Source: Terriglobales bacterium (GTDB lineage Bacteria > Acidobacteriota > Terriglobia > Terriglobales > Acidobacteriaceae). From it: 24,000 nt of DNA. The position numbers and the translations under genes were made by a program. The notes beneath the pieces were generated by a model. The model did not search any database, had not been told where the DNA came from, and saw nothing but the letters and a program-made list of their open reading frames with translations. Position 1 is the first letter of the stretch, and every line of letters starts with the position of its first letter. The stretch covers positions 24,499 through 48,498 of the forward strand of contig DASRFG010000026.1 in NCBI GenBank assembly GCA_035651655.1, given 5' to 3'. Below, one piece after another: positions 1 to 7,471 of the stretch.

Positions 1-165
1 GCGCTCTCCTGGGAGGACGTGAGCCTTGTGGCGCCAGCCTCTGCTTCCCTCACTTTCATCGCCAACGCGGTCGCCGCGCGCATTTTCCTGCACGAGCGGG
101 TGGACCGGCGTCGCTGGATTGCGGCTCTCCTGGTGGCCGGCGGAGTCGCACTAGTCGCGGTGTAA
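1..165 (+). CDS. C-terminal fragment of an EamA/DMT-type membrane transporter (5' end outside window)
   Basis: Frame 1 is open from base 1 to TAA at 163-165. It reads ALSWEDVSLVAPASASLTFIANAVAARIFLHERVDRRRWIAALLVAGGVALVAV: two hydrophobic helices separated by a basic loop, the usual ending of EamA-repeat transporters. It is absent from the ORF track because it is short and has no start in the window. Confidence 0.5.
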   Translation, partial: ALSWEDVSLVAPASASLTFIANAVAARIFLHERVDRRRWIAALLVAGGVALVAV

Positions 166-231
166 TCCTGAACAGGTAGCGACTCCCAAAAACGAGATCT
201 TGCAGATTGTCCTAGGACGGTCCTACGGGAA

Positions 232-255
232 AAACCGCAGGTAGTGGGTCAGTTT
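232..255. repeat. Left end of IS-like element: 8-bp target-site duplication AAACCGCA (232-239) plus 16-bp terminal inverted repeat GGTAGTGGGTCAGTTT (240-255)
   Basis: 240-255 is the exact reverse complement of 1906-1921. The 8 bp just outside it (232-239) is identical, in direct orientation, to 1922-1929. Confidence 0.8.
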
Positions 256-304
256 GAGAATCCAAAGGGTCGCTTTAGCATTCCGCGTGTGGCATCATAT
301 TGCC

Positions 305-673
305 ATGCCCGTAGCAAAAGGCAAGCGCCCACGCGACCCGAACCAGTTAGCCAAATGGCTGGTAGAGCGGTCAACGTCTGACGCTCCAGCCGAAGAACCG
401 AAGCCGGAAACGCCAGTTTCCGCGCCAGCAAACCTGTCCGAGTACATGGCTGCCATTGGGCGCAAGGGTGGTCAGATCGGCGGTAAACGGCGGCACATGT
501 TTTACAACTATTGCCGCCCGCACCAAACAATCAGGTGCACGCCAGCAATGGAAGCGGGGCTGGCTGACCACCTATGGACTCTTGAGGAATTGTGTAGGCT
601 AATACCAAAGCCGACCGTCTCAGTGCCGCGCATCGAGAGTCGGCTAGTGACGGAAGCCTTAGGGAGAGATTAG
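305..673 (+). pseudogene. Chimeric ORF: small basic KRPRDPNQLAK...GRKGGxxGGK-type protein fused to a DDE transposase C-terminal remnant
   Basis: From ATG 305 the ORF reads MPVAKGKRPRDPNQLAKWLV...AAIGRKGGQIGGKRR. It then switches abruptly to HMFYNYCRPHQTIRCTPAMEAGLADHLWTLEEL, the conserved tail (YNF/YxRxHxTLRxTPAMxAG...W..EEL) of IS1-like transposases. No DDE catalytic core is present. The track ORF starts at TTG 254. Confidence 0.6.
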
Positions 674-705
674 CGCAGATGTCCCGCCGCTCTTTCAGCT
701 CTTGA

Positions 706-731
706 CCGGCGTTGTGGAGCCGCCGGTTTTA
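706..731 (+). terminator. Putative intrinsic terminator after the chimeric ORF
   Basis: CCGGCG (706-711), a 9-nt loop, CGCCGG (721-726), then TTTTA. It lies 33 nt after the stop at 671-673. Confidence 0.45.
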
Positions 732-877
732 TACTCTCCCCTTCTTTCGGGTGTGGCCCCTCATCGGAATGCGTCGCGCAGCAGTGACCCCATACCTCAG
801 CCGCCCGATTAGGCAGCTTGCTAACAGGAATTTCCCAAACTGAATGGTGCATTTCGTCTCTTTCTCGTCCGTTTATC

Positions 878-1846
878 TCAGGCCGCTTGTCGCTCGCCAT
901 CGTCGCCTTTCCCTTCTTTGCGCTTTGGAAGCACATAACGGATCACATGTGTACCAGATTCGAGAAACAAAAATTTCCCAAGCCAAGCACGGAATATCCG
1001 CCATACTTTCTTGTTGCGTTCGTTCGCATCGTGTCTCTCGACACGAATTCCTAAGTGTTTAGCGGTGTCAAAATTGATGTCACTGTCGTGGTCGGCAAAA
1101 TGGTGAATCAATTCATGCGCCAACTTATCGGGCTGCTTGTAATTGGCCAGTTGTAGAATCTGCCCACTATAGTCCTCGGCGGTTTCAATAGCGCAATTCC
1201 AATCCTCCATGATGAACGGATCAAGTTTGTCGGCTATTGCTTGCGCAGGGTAAGGTGCTTCTTCCTTTGTTATGTTCTCAAATATCTTGCAAATCCGATT
1301 GTATGCGTGCCGTCCTGATAGAGCCGAAATCTGACGTCCATTGTAATAAATCTGGGGGTCGAGGGGGCTTAGCTGGCTCATGATACCCATCACAATTTTA
1401 TCAGCAGCCAACGCAATCAGGGTGCCTCCGCTTGCTGCCATATGTGGTACATAGATTTCAATTTCTTTGAACGATTGACGGATCGCGCGGGCAACCTTAA
1501 AGGAGGAGTGCAGACCGCCTCCGGGCGAATTGAGCAGCATCATGAGTTTCTGCTCGCTGTAGCCAAGGCTGGTAATCTCGTCTATCAGCGCCTCAAATGC
1601 GAATTCTTCGTGTAGCCCAATGACAGCGCTCACCTCTTGCACTGGGGATATCCGCACGGATGCATACGGCGCGATAGCACAGACCAAAACGGCATCTTCC
1701 GATTCCGCAAGACTTGTCACGAATTGGTCTGTTTCGACTTTCAAATTGAGAGTGTTCCTAATGGAATCCGGTATTGGTTCTGGCTGGGCTGGATTCTGTA
1801 CTGCTTCAATTGGTTGCGGCTTAGTGGCTGGGGCGGCTTCTGGCAT
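878..1846 (-). CDS. SDH-family ClpP/crotonase-fold serine proteinase (SppA/S49-like)
   Basis: 322-aa ORF with an ATG start and AAGGAG 13 nt upstream. The core LLNSPGGGLHSSFKVARAIRQSFKEIEIYVPHMAASGGTLIALAADKIVMG...LSPLDPQ matches the Clp-fold serine dehydrogenase proteinase pattern (PGG oxyanion region, catalytic Ser in A-S-G-G-T). The N-terminal 30 aa or so is Pro/Gln-rich. Confidence 0.75.
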   Translation of the reverse strand: MPEAAPATKPQPIEAVQNPAQPEPIPDSIRNTLNLKVETDQFVTSLAESEDAVLVCAIAPYASVRISPVQEVSAVIGLHEEFAFEALIDEITSLGYSEQKLMMLLNSPGGGLHSSFKVARAIRQSFKEIEIYVPHMAASGGTLIALAADKIVMGIMSQLSPLDPQIYYNGRQISALSGRHAYNRICKIFENITKEEAPYPAQAIADKLDPFIMEDWNCAIETAEDYSGQILQLANYKQPDKLAHELIHHFADHDSDINFDTAKHLGIRVERHDANERNKKVWRIFRAWLGKFLFLESGTHVIRYVLPKRKEGKGDDGERQAA

Positions 1847-1903
1847 TGCGGTCTGACTGCTCCTTCTGTAGTGTCCGGAAGTGTACCACCAGCCTGTCGA
1901 AAA

Positions 1904-3316
1904 CTAAACTGACCCACTACCAAACCGCATGAAGCCTTTTGCGGGCAAGTCGGGTTGTAGGAAACTCACCCGCCGCTGCCCTGCGGCACGAGCCAGTGCT
2001 TCCGCAGCCAAATAACCGCTGCGTACAGCACCTTCCATAGTTGCCGGCCAACCTGTTGCCGTCCAATCGCCGCTGAGAAATACGCGCGGCCACGCGGTGA
2101 CGTTGGGAGGGCGAAGTCTGTCCACGCCCGGAACAGGCGAGTAACTGGCATGGACTTCCTTGATGACTGTTGACTTCACCACCTTGGCTTCACGAGCGGC
2201 AGGAAAGAATTCGTGCAGTTCGCGGATTGCGAGCTCGACGATTTCGTTTTTCGACTTGTCCACCAACGTTTTTGATGCACTCACAACCAGCTCCACGTAG
2301 CTGCCAGTTGCATCTTCCGACCGCTTGAGGAACTTCGATTTGTGAAACATCCACTGAATGGTTCGGTCCAGCAGAACAGCGTACTCCAAATCTGTAATCT
2401 GCCGGTCGAACCATAGATGAATGCCCGTGATCGGTGAACTCTGCAATGCTGCGACGGAGTTGCGAATTGGCTCAGACTCCGCAGTTTGTGGTAGCACGGA
2501 CGCTGTGACCTGATAAGGCAGCGCCAAAACTGCAAAGTCAGCCGTGACCTCCTGGCCACCAACGCACAACCGCACGTTGTCTAGTTCCGGCGAAAACGAA
2601 TCCACCGCTCCCCGCAGATGGACTTCGCCAGAACGCGCGCGGATGTAGTCATCAGCCGCACCATAAAGCTCTGTGAGTGGCACGGTGGGAAGACCTATTT
2701 TTCCCGCCTCAACTGATTTCAAAAAAGATTCGCGGAAAACCTGCGCGCCGTAGTAAACCGAGACGCGGTCGAGGTCCTCATTGAGCGCGCTGACCAGGAC
2801 CGGCTTCCAGAACCTCTCAATTGCATCCCCCGTCTGGCCGCGGAGTTTGAGCCAATCGAGAAAATTCTGTTGACCGTCATCTGAGGGCAAACGCGTGACA
2901 ATCGCCATCATCGCGCGGGCAATCGCAGCTTTATCTCGAGAGGGAAGCGCGGAAGAACGTAAGAATGACGGTGCCAGGTGAAATGGCGGAGGCAGAGATG
3001 AAGCTTTCAGGGTTGACTGTCTTCCACCAGGCTCAACAAACAAGTATTGGTCGAACCATCGAATTTGGTCGAGAACGCCGATACGCCGATAAAAATCTAT
3101 CAAGTTGGTGCAACAACCGAGAAGCACGTGCTGGCAGTTGTCAACCACTTCCCCCGTGGCGGGATGCTGATAGGACGAGGCACGGCCGCCCAGATAAGGA
3201 CGGCGTTCGTACAATTGGACGCGAAATCCCGTATCCGCTAGAGCGCAACCGGCGGCCAAGCCTGCCAGGCCGCCGCCTACAACCGCAACGGTGGCTCTTG
3301 GAGTGGAATTGGTCAT
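1904..3316 (-). CDS. hpnE: Hydroxysqualene dehydroxylase HpnE (FAD-dependent amine-oxidase family)
   Basis: N-terminal dinucleotide fold VAVVGGGLAGLAAGCALADTGFRVQLYERRPYLGGRA, with amine/phytoene-desaturase-like homology throughout. It is third in an hpnC-hpnD-hpnE series. I chose ATG 3316 (MTNSTP...) because the track start at 3442 would overlap hpnD by about 100 nt. Confidence 0.85.
   Translation of the reverse strand: MTNSTPRATVAVVGGGLAGLAAGCALADTGFRVQLYERRPYLGGRASSYQHPATGEVVDNCQHVLLGCCTNLIDFYRRIGVLDQIRWFDQYLFVEPGGRQSTLKASSLPPPFHLAPSFLRSSALPSRDKAAIARAMMAIVTRLPSDDGQQNFLDWLKLRGQTGDAIERFWKPVLVSALNEDLDRVSVYYGAQVFRESFLKSVEAGKIGLPTVPLTELYGAADDYIRARSGEVHLRGAVDSFSPELDNVRLCVGGQEVTADFAVLALPYQVTASVLPQTAESEPIRNSVAALQSSPITGIHLWFDRQITDLEYAVLLDRTIQWMFHKSKFLKRSEDATGSYVELVVSASKTLVDKSKNEIVELAIRELHEFFPAAREAKVVKSTVIKEVHASYSPVPGVDRLRPPNVTAWPRVFLSGDWTATGWPATMEGAVRSGYLAAEALARAAGQRRVSFLQPDLPAKGFMRFGSGSV
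1906..1929. repeat. Right end of IS-like element: 16-bp terminal inverted repeat AAACTGACCCACTACC (1906-1921) plus 8-bp target-site duplication AAACCGCA (1922-1929)
   Basis: It is the exact reverse complement of 240-255, followed by a direct copy of 232-239. It overlaps the last six sense codons (TSD codon Phe plus IR-encoded GSGSV) of hpnE; the hpnE stop codon TAG (1904-1906) only shares base 1906 with this feature. Confidence 0.8.
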
Positions 3317-3338
3317 AGCGAGGAGAGCGGAAGCAACA

Positions 3339-4289
3339 TTATGCCGTAAGGCGACGCACCCAGCCTTGAGAGAGGATGCTGAGCTTTTCCAGGGTAGTAA
3401 GGGAGACTCGGCCGCTGAATACGTCGTAGCCACGGCTTGCAATTTTTTCCAGAAGTCGGCGGTAGATGGTCACCAAGACCCACAGAGCGGCGCGACTGTC
3501 GTCAAAGATCAGAGGTAATAAATCGTCGGCAGCGCGGTAGAAATCCCTCGCCCGCGCCGCTTCCAGTTCCAGCACTGGACGGAAACGCGCCGGATCGCAG
3601 CCGTTGCTCAACTCCATGGGCGACCGTCCGAATTTGGCCAGATCCTCCTCCGGCAAATAGACCCGCCCCATTGCAGCGTCTTCCTTCACGTCACGAATGA
3701 TGTTGGTGAGTTGGAAGGCGACCCCGCAAGCCTCTGCCAGAGGCTCCGCACTGGGATCCTCATATCCGAAGATGCGAATGCAGACCAGGCCGACAACCGA
3801 GGCAACGCGGTAGCAATACACATACAGCTCTTCGAAAGTACGGTAATGGATCTTGGAAATCGCGCCCGTGGCGGGGTCTACAGTCGTGTCCTCCAAATCC
3901 ATCGCGGTCCCGTAGGCGAGCTGATCCAGCAATTCCACTGGTATGCGGAACTCTCGGACTGCATCTGCTAAGGCGATCAAAACGGGGTCATCACTGGCAT
4001 GACCTTCGAGGACGCGGTGCAGGGATTCCAACCAGGAATCAAGACGGGCCCGTCGTTCCTGCTGAGACAGCCCGGGCTGGTCGCTAATATCGTCGCAATG
4101 ACGCATGAAGGCGTACACCGCGCTCAGGGCATCACGTTTGTGCCGTGGGAGCACTAGAAAGGCATAGTAGAAGTTTCGGGCGGCGGCGCGGGCTACGCTC
4201 CGGCAGATGGCGTACGCCGTCCTCAGCTGCTCGGGAGTTGCTGTATAGGGCGTGAATTGGGAAGGTTCACCCATGCCGGCACCCCGCAC
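3339..4289 (-). CDS. hpnD: Presqualene diphosphate synthase HpnD (squalene/phytoene synthase family)
   Basis: It has NFYYAF, the Asp-rich motif YAFMRHCDDISD, and a second motif NIIRDVKEDAAMGRVYLP. It is the second of two tandem SQS/PSY paralogs upstream of hpnE. The start is GTG 4289 or ATG 4274. Confidence 0.85.
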   Translation of the reverse strand: MRGAGMGEPSQFTPYTATPEQLRTAYAICRSVARAAARNFYYAFLVLPRHKRDALSAVYAFMRHCDDISDQPGLSQQERRARLDSWLESLHRVLEGHASDDPVLIALADAVREFRIPVELLDQLAYGTAMDLEDTTVDPATGAISKIHYRTFEELYVYCYRVASVVGLVCIRIFGYEDPSAEPLAEACGVAFQLTNIIRDVKEDAAMGRVYLPEEDLAKFGRSPMELSNGCDPARFRPVLELEAARARDFYRAADDLLPLIFDDSRAALWVLVTIYRRLLEKIASRGYDVFSGRVSLTTLEKLSILSQGWVRRLTA

Positions 4290-4295
4290 TGCCGC

Positions 4296-5288
4296 TCACA
4301 TCAACTTCCTGAGTGCGGCTCTGGCCACCAGGCTAAGCTTGCGCGCCCTGGAGATAACCGGACGGCGCTGTAGAACGTTATATCCGTCCCGCTCAATTGC
4401 GCTGAGGATCGCCAGGCCACCGCGGCTAAACAGCTCAATGTCAATCGCGAGTTCATCGTCAACTTTATCTACCAGGGGCAGACCTTGCGCGAACCACTGG
4501 CGAGCGCGTCCCACTTCAAATTCCATCAACTCCAAAAATTGTGGTGTGGCGCGGCGCTCCGCAATGTCTTCCTCGCTCACCTTGCACACACGCATGTCTT
4601 CAAGCGGCAGGTAGATGCGTCCCTTAGCGAAGTCCACAGCCACGTCCTGCCAGAAGTTCGCAAGTTGAAGGGCTGTGCAGGTGAAATCAGATAGCCGCTG
4701 GCGCTCCGCGTCGCGGTAGCCGCACAGGTAGAGCACTAGATGTCCCACGGGATTGGCAGAATAGCGGCAGTATCCGAGGACGTCCTGGAACGTCTCGTAA
4801 CGGCTTACGCGCTGGTCCTGGCGAAAAGCTATCAGCAGGTCAGCAAAAGTTTGCTTGGGGACCTCGCAGGTATGTACGGTCTCAGCCAATGCTACAAAAA
4901 CTGGATGCCGGGCGGTGCCGGTATAACAGGCCTCCAGCTCAGATTCCCAATCGTCCAAGAGCTCGAGCGACTGGGCGGGATCGCCAACCTCGTCGCTAAG
5001 GTCGTCGGAAATTCGGCAATAGGCGTAAACGTTGTAGAAATGCTGCCGCAAGCGACGCGGTAAGAACCAGCTGGCTACCGAAAAATTTTCGTAATGGCTG
5101 CGCGCCAGGCGCTCGCAATAAACACGAGCTTCCGCCAGAGTGGGAGCGGTGCGCGGAATGGCATACTTCACGGGCAACTTGCTCCAGGCACTCACATCAG
5201 CAACATCAATTTCCGGTCTTTGCTTAGAAAGCTTGCTGGCGGTGGATGCCATGGAACTCGCGTCTCCCGGTCGGCGCGCCGCGGTCAT
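4296..5288 (-). CDS. hpnC: Hydroxysqualene synthase HpnC (squalene/phytoene synthase family)
   Basis: It has HYENFSVAS, YAYCRISDDLSDE, and a degenerate second motif NFWQDVAVDFAKGRIYLP that is typical of HpnC-type paralogs. It is the first gene of the hpnCDE triplet. Confidence 0.85.
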   Translation of the reverse strand: MTAARRPGDASSMASTASKLSKQRPEIDVADVSAWSKLPVKYAIPRTAPTLAEARVYCERLARSHYENFSVASWFLPRRLRQHFYNVYAYCRISDDLSDEVGDPAQSLELLDDWESELEACYTGTARHPVFVALAETVHTCEVPKQTFADLLIAFRQDQRVSRYETFQDVLGYCRYSANPVGHLVLYLCGYRDAERQRLSDFTCTALQLANFWQDVAVDFAKGRIYLPLEDMRVCKVSEEDIAERRATPQFLELMEFEVGRARQWFAQGLPLVDKVDDELAIDIELFSRGGLAILSAIERDGYNVLQRRPVISRARKLSLVARAALRKLM

Positions 5289-5298
5289 TCCCTGAGAA

Positions 5299-6336
5299 TC
5301 AGTGTCCTGGAATGATGGCGGTCTTTATGTCGCCGTTGCGATTCAACATATGCCGCAACACCTGCTGCAGCCTTGAGAGCGGAGCTTCTCCAGTAATGTA
5401 GTCGTTGCCCCGGACCTTCTTTTCTGCAATCAGGGCGAAGGCACGACGTACGGTTTCCGGAGTGTGATGGAATGTGGCTTTCAAGGTAATTTCAGAATAA
5501 TGCAGGCGATTGGTGTCCAGTTGCACCTTGGTGCCACTGGCGCAGCCACCGAAGAAGTTGACGGTGCCTCCCTTGCGGACCATGTCAATCGCCCACTCCC
5601 ACGCCTGCGGGCGGCCTACGGCCTCGATCACTACGTCACCACCCCTGCGTTCAGGGGTGAGTGAGCGCACGGCTTCGATCGGGTCCGTCACTTTGGTGAT
5701 CTGCACAACTTCGTGCGCGCCCATGTGTTTGGCGGCAGCCACTTGTGAGTCCCGCTTCACTACGGCAATCACGTTACACCCGGTGAGCTTGGAAACCTGG
5801 ATGAACATCATGCCGATCGGCCCGCCGCCAATCACGACCACGGTGTCGCCAATTTCGGGGGTAGTCTCATGCAGGCCACGCAGCACGCAAGCCAAAGGCT
5901 CGGTCATGGCGGCGTCTTCAAAGGAGACGCTGTTGGGCACAACCAGCATATTGGTCTCAACAATGCGGCGCGGAACACGTATGTATTCGGCGTAAGCGCC
6001 ATTGTTGAAGAGCAGGTCCACGCACAGGTTTTCCTGGTGTTTGGAGCAATAAAAACACATCTGGCAGGGGGCGGAATTCAGTGCGACAACCCGCATGCCG
6101 CGCCTGAAGCCGCGCACATTGGGACCAACTTCCTCGATTACACCGGCCAGTTCATGGCCAAACAGCGCCGGGGGGACAATCATGCGCGCGTGATAGCCGC
6201 GCTGATAAACCTTCAGATCAGTTCCGCAAGTGAGGGCTACCTGGACTTTGATGAGTACCTCGCCTTCGGCCAGGCGGGGTATTGGTACCTGTTCAATCTT
6301 GATGTCCTCTTTTCCATAGAGGACTGCGGCTGTCAT
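5299..6336 (-). CDS. Zinc-dependent medium-chain dehydrogenase/reductase (polyol/threonine dehydrogenase-like), copy B
   Basis: Catalytic zinc ligands are in LTCGTDLK and GHELAG. The structural-zinc motif is CQMCFYCSKHQENLC and the Rossmann motif is VIGGGPIGM. I chose ATG 6336 (MTAAVLYGKEDIKIE...), which gives an 8-nt gap to the upstream gene. The track start at 6366 would overlap it. Confidence 0.8.
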   Translation of the reverse strand: MTAAVLYGKEDIKIEQVPIPRLAEGEVLIKVQVALTCGTDLKVYQRGYHARMIVPPALFGHELAGVIEEVGPNVRGFRRGMRVVALNSAPCQMCFYCSKHQENLCVDLLFNNGAYAEYIRVPRRIVETNMLVVPNSVSFEDAAMTEPLACVLRGLHETTPEIGDTVVVIGGGPIGMMFIQVSKLTGCNVIAVVKRDSQVAAAKHMGAHEVVQITKVTDPIEAVRSLTPERRGGDVVIEAVGRPQAWEWAIDMVRKGGTVNFFGGCASGTKVQLDTNRLHYSEITLKATFHHTPETVRRAFALIAEKKVRGNDYITGEAPLSRLQQVLRHMLNRNGDIKTAIIPGH

Positions 6337-6344
6337 TTTTCCGT

Positions 6345-7469
6345 TCACTCTAGCTTTCCTTCCCACGAGCTGCCCGGCTGAATAACAATCTTCAGCGACT
6401 CTGGTTGAGGATGGGCAGCCAGTTCGAGCCCCTCCACCGCTTGCTCCAGCGGGAAACGGTGGCTGATCAACGGTTCCAAATCCAGCTCGCGGCTGAACAC
6501 CAGCCCCACCGATTCCTTCTGAAGGTCTACCGACGCGCTATACGATCCCAGCAGCGTCTTTTCCTCCACACACACGGCCGCAGGATCTATTGATGCCTCG
6601 CCGTGCACCGTTTGCGCAAAAAGCAACACTCGCCCGCCAGGACGGGCGGCGTCCATAGCAGGACGAATCAGACTATTTCCCCCAACCGCCAGGATCACCG
6701 CGTCCGCCCCGCGTCCCTCCGTGAGTTCTCTCGCCCGCTGAACCATGTCGGTTCGCGATGCGTCCACGGTTTCCTGTAAGCCGAATCTCTTAGATATTGT
6801 AAGCCTCTGACTGAACAAATCGGTAGTTATTACGCTAGCGCCTGCACGTTTGGCCAATGCTGCCAATATGATACCGATAGGGCCCTGTCCGATAACCAGG
6901 ACTTTCTCACCCGGTTCCAGGCGCAACGTTTCTATACCTTTGAGGCACGTGTTCACCGGCTCCACAAAGCACGCCTGCTCGAATGAGACGCTGTCTGGAA
7001 TGCGCTCTACACCACGCTGAACAATCCAATCCAGCACCCGTACATACTCGGCGAAACCGCCGCCGCTAGGCTCGAATCCGGCAGTGCAGCCAACTCGCTT
7101 GTACACTGGGCATTGCGCAAACACTTTGTGGAGGCAGTAGTAGCACTCGCCACAAGGGATGTGATGAAAGACCATAACCCTATCCCCAGGGTGAAAGTTG
7201 CGAACCCCTGTACCCACAGCGGCAACAGTTCCCGAAGTCTCATGCCCGAAGATGCGCGGGACGGAGTGCGACCCGGTGCTGATCTTCTTCAGATCGGTCC
7301 CGCAGATGCCGCAGGTGTGCACTCGGACGAGCAGTTCGCCGCTCCCGATCTCCGGGACGGATACGGTCTCCATGCGAACATCATTTTTGCCGCGATACAC
7401 GGCAGCTCGCATGGTCGCCGGAATGGCCTGCGGGCGCTCGCTAAGCGTGGATGCTTTTGCCACTGCCAT
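6345..7469 (-). CDS. Zinc-dependent medium-chain dehydrogenase/reductase (polyol/threonine dehydrogenase-like), copy A
   Basis: It has CGICGTDLKK, GHETSG, the structural-zinc motif CGECYYCLHKVFAQC and the Rossmann motif VIGQGPIGI. ATG 7469 lies 2 nt after the hpnG stop. An alternative start is MRAAVYRG at 7412. Confidence 0.8.
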   Translation of the reverse strand: MAVAKASTLSERPQAIPATMRAAVYRGKNDVRMETVSVPEIGSGELLVRVHTCGICGTDLKKISTGSHSVPRIFGHETSGTVAAVGTGVRNFHPGDRVMVFHHIPCGECYYCLHKVFAQCPVYKRVGCTAGFEPSGGGFAEYVRVLDWIVQRGVERIPDSVSFEQACFVEPVNTCLKGIETLRLEPGEKVLVIGQGPIGIILAALAKRAGASVITTDLFSQRLTISKRFGLQETVDASRTDMVQRARELTEGRGADAVILAVGGNSLIRPAMDAARPGGRVLLFAQTVHGEASIDPAAVCVEEKTLLGSYSASVDLQKESVGLVFSRELDLEPLISHRFPLEQAVEGLELAAHPQPESLKIVIQPGSSWEGKLE

Positions 7470-7471
7470 AT

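Larger units (their letters stand above)
240..1921. mobile_element. Non-autonomous IS-like element (1682 bp) with cargo, possibly an IS1-family derivative
   Basis: It has perfect 16-bp terminal inverted repeats flanked by an 8-bp direct duplication. The interior is visibly more AT-rich than the flanks. It contains a transposase C-terminal remnant (about 491-610) and an intact protease gene. The termini begin GGTAGTG. Confidence 0.75.

Noticed and set aside
205-226. Palindromic run GTCCTAGGACGGTCCT at the reconstructed original end of hpnE
   Set aside because: The arms are adjacent, leaving no room for a loop, so it is not a credible terminator hairpin. It may simply be an AvrII-site palindrome.
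670-936. 88-aa minus-strand ORF downstream of the protease gene
   Set aside because: It overlaps the protease 3' end in another frame, has no recognisable features, and spans the putative terminator hairpin at 706-731.
5464-6381. Plus-strand ORFs of 66, 161 and 170 aa
   Set aside because: They are antisense to the two MDR dehydrogenase genes, which have complete zinc and Rossmann motifs. Their composition is low-complexity Ala/Thr/Ser/Pro.
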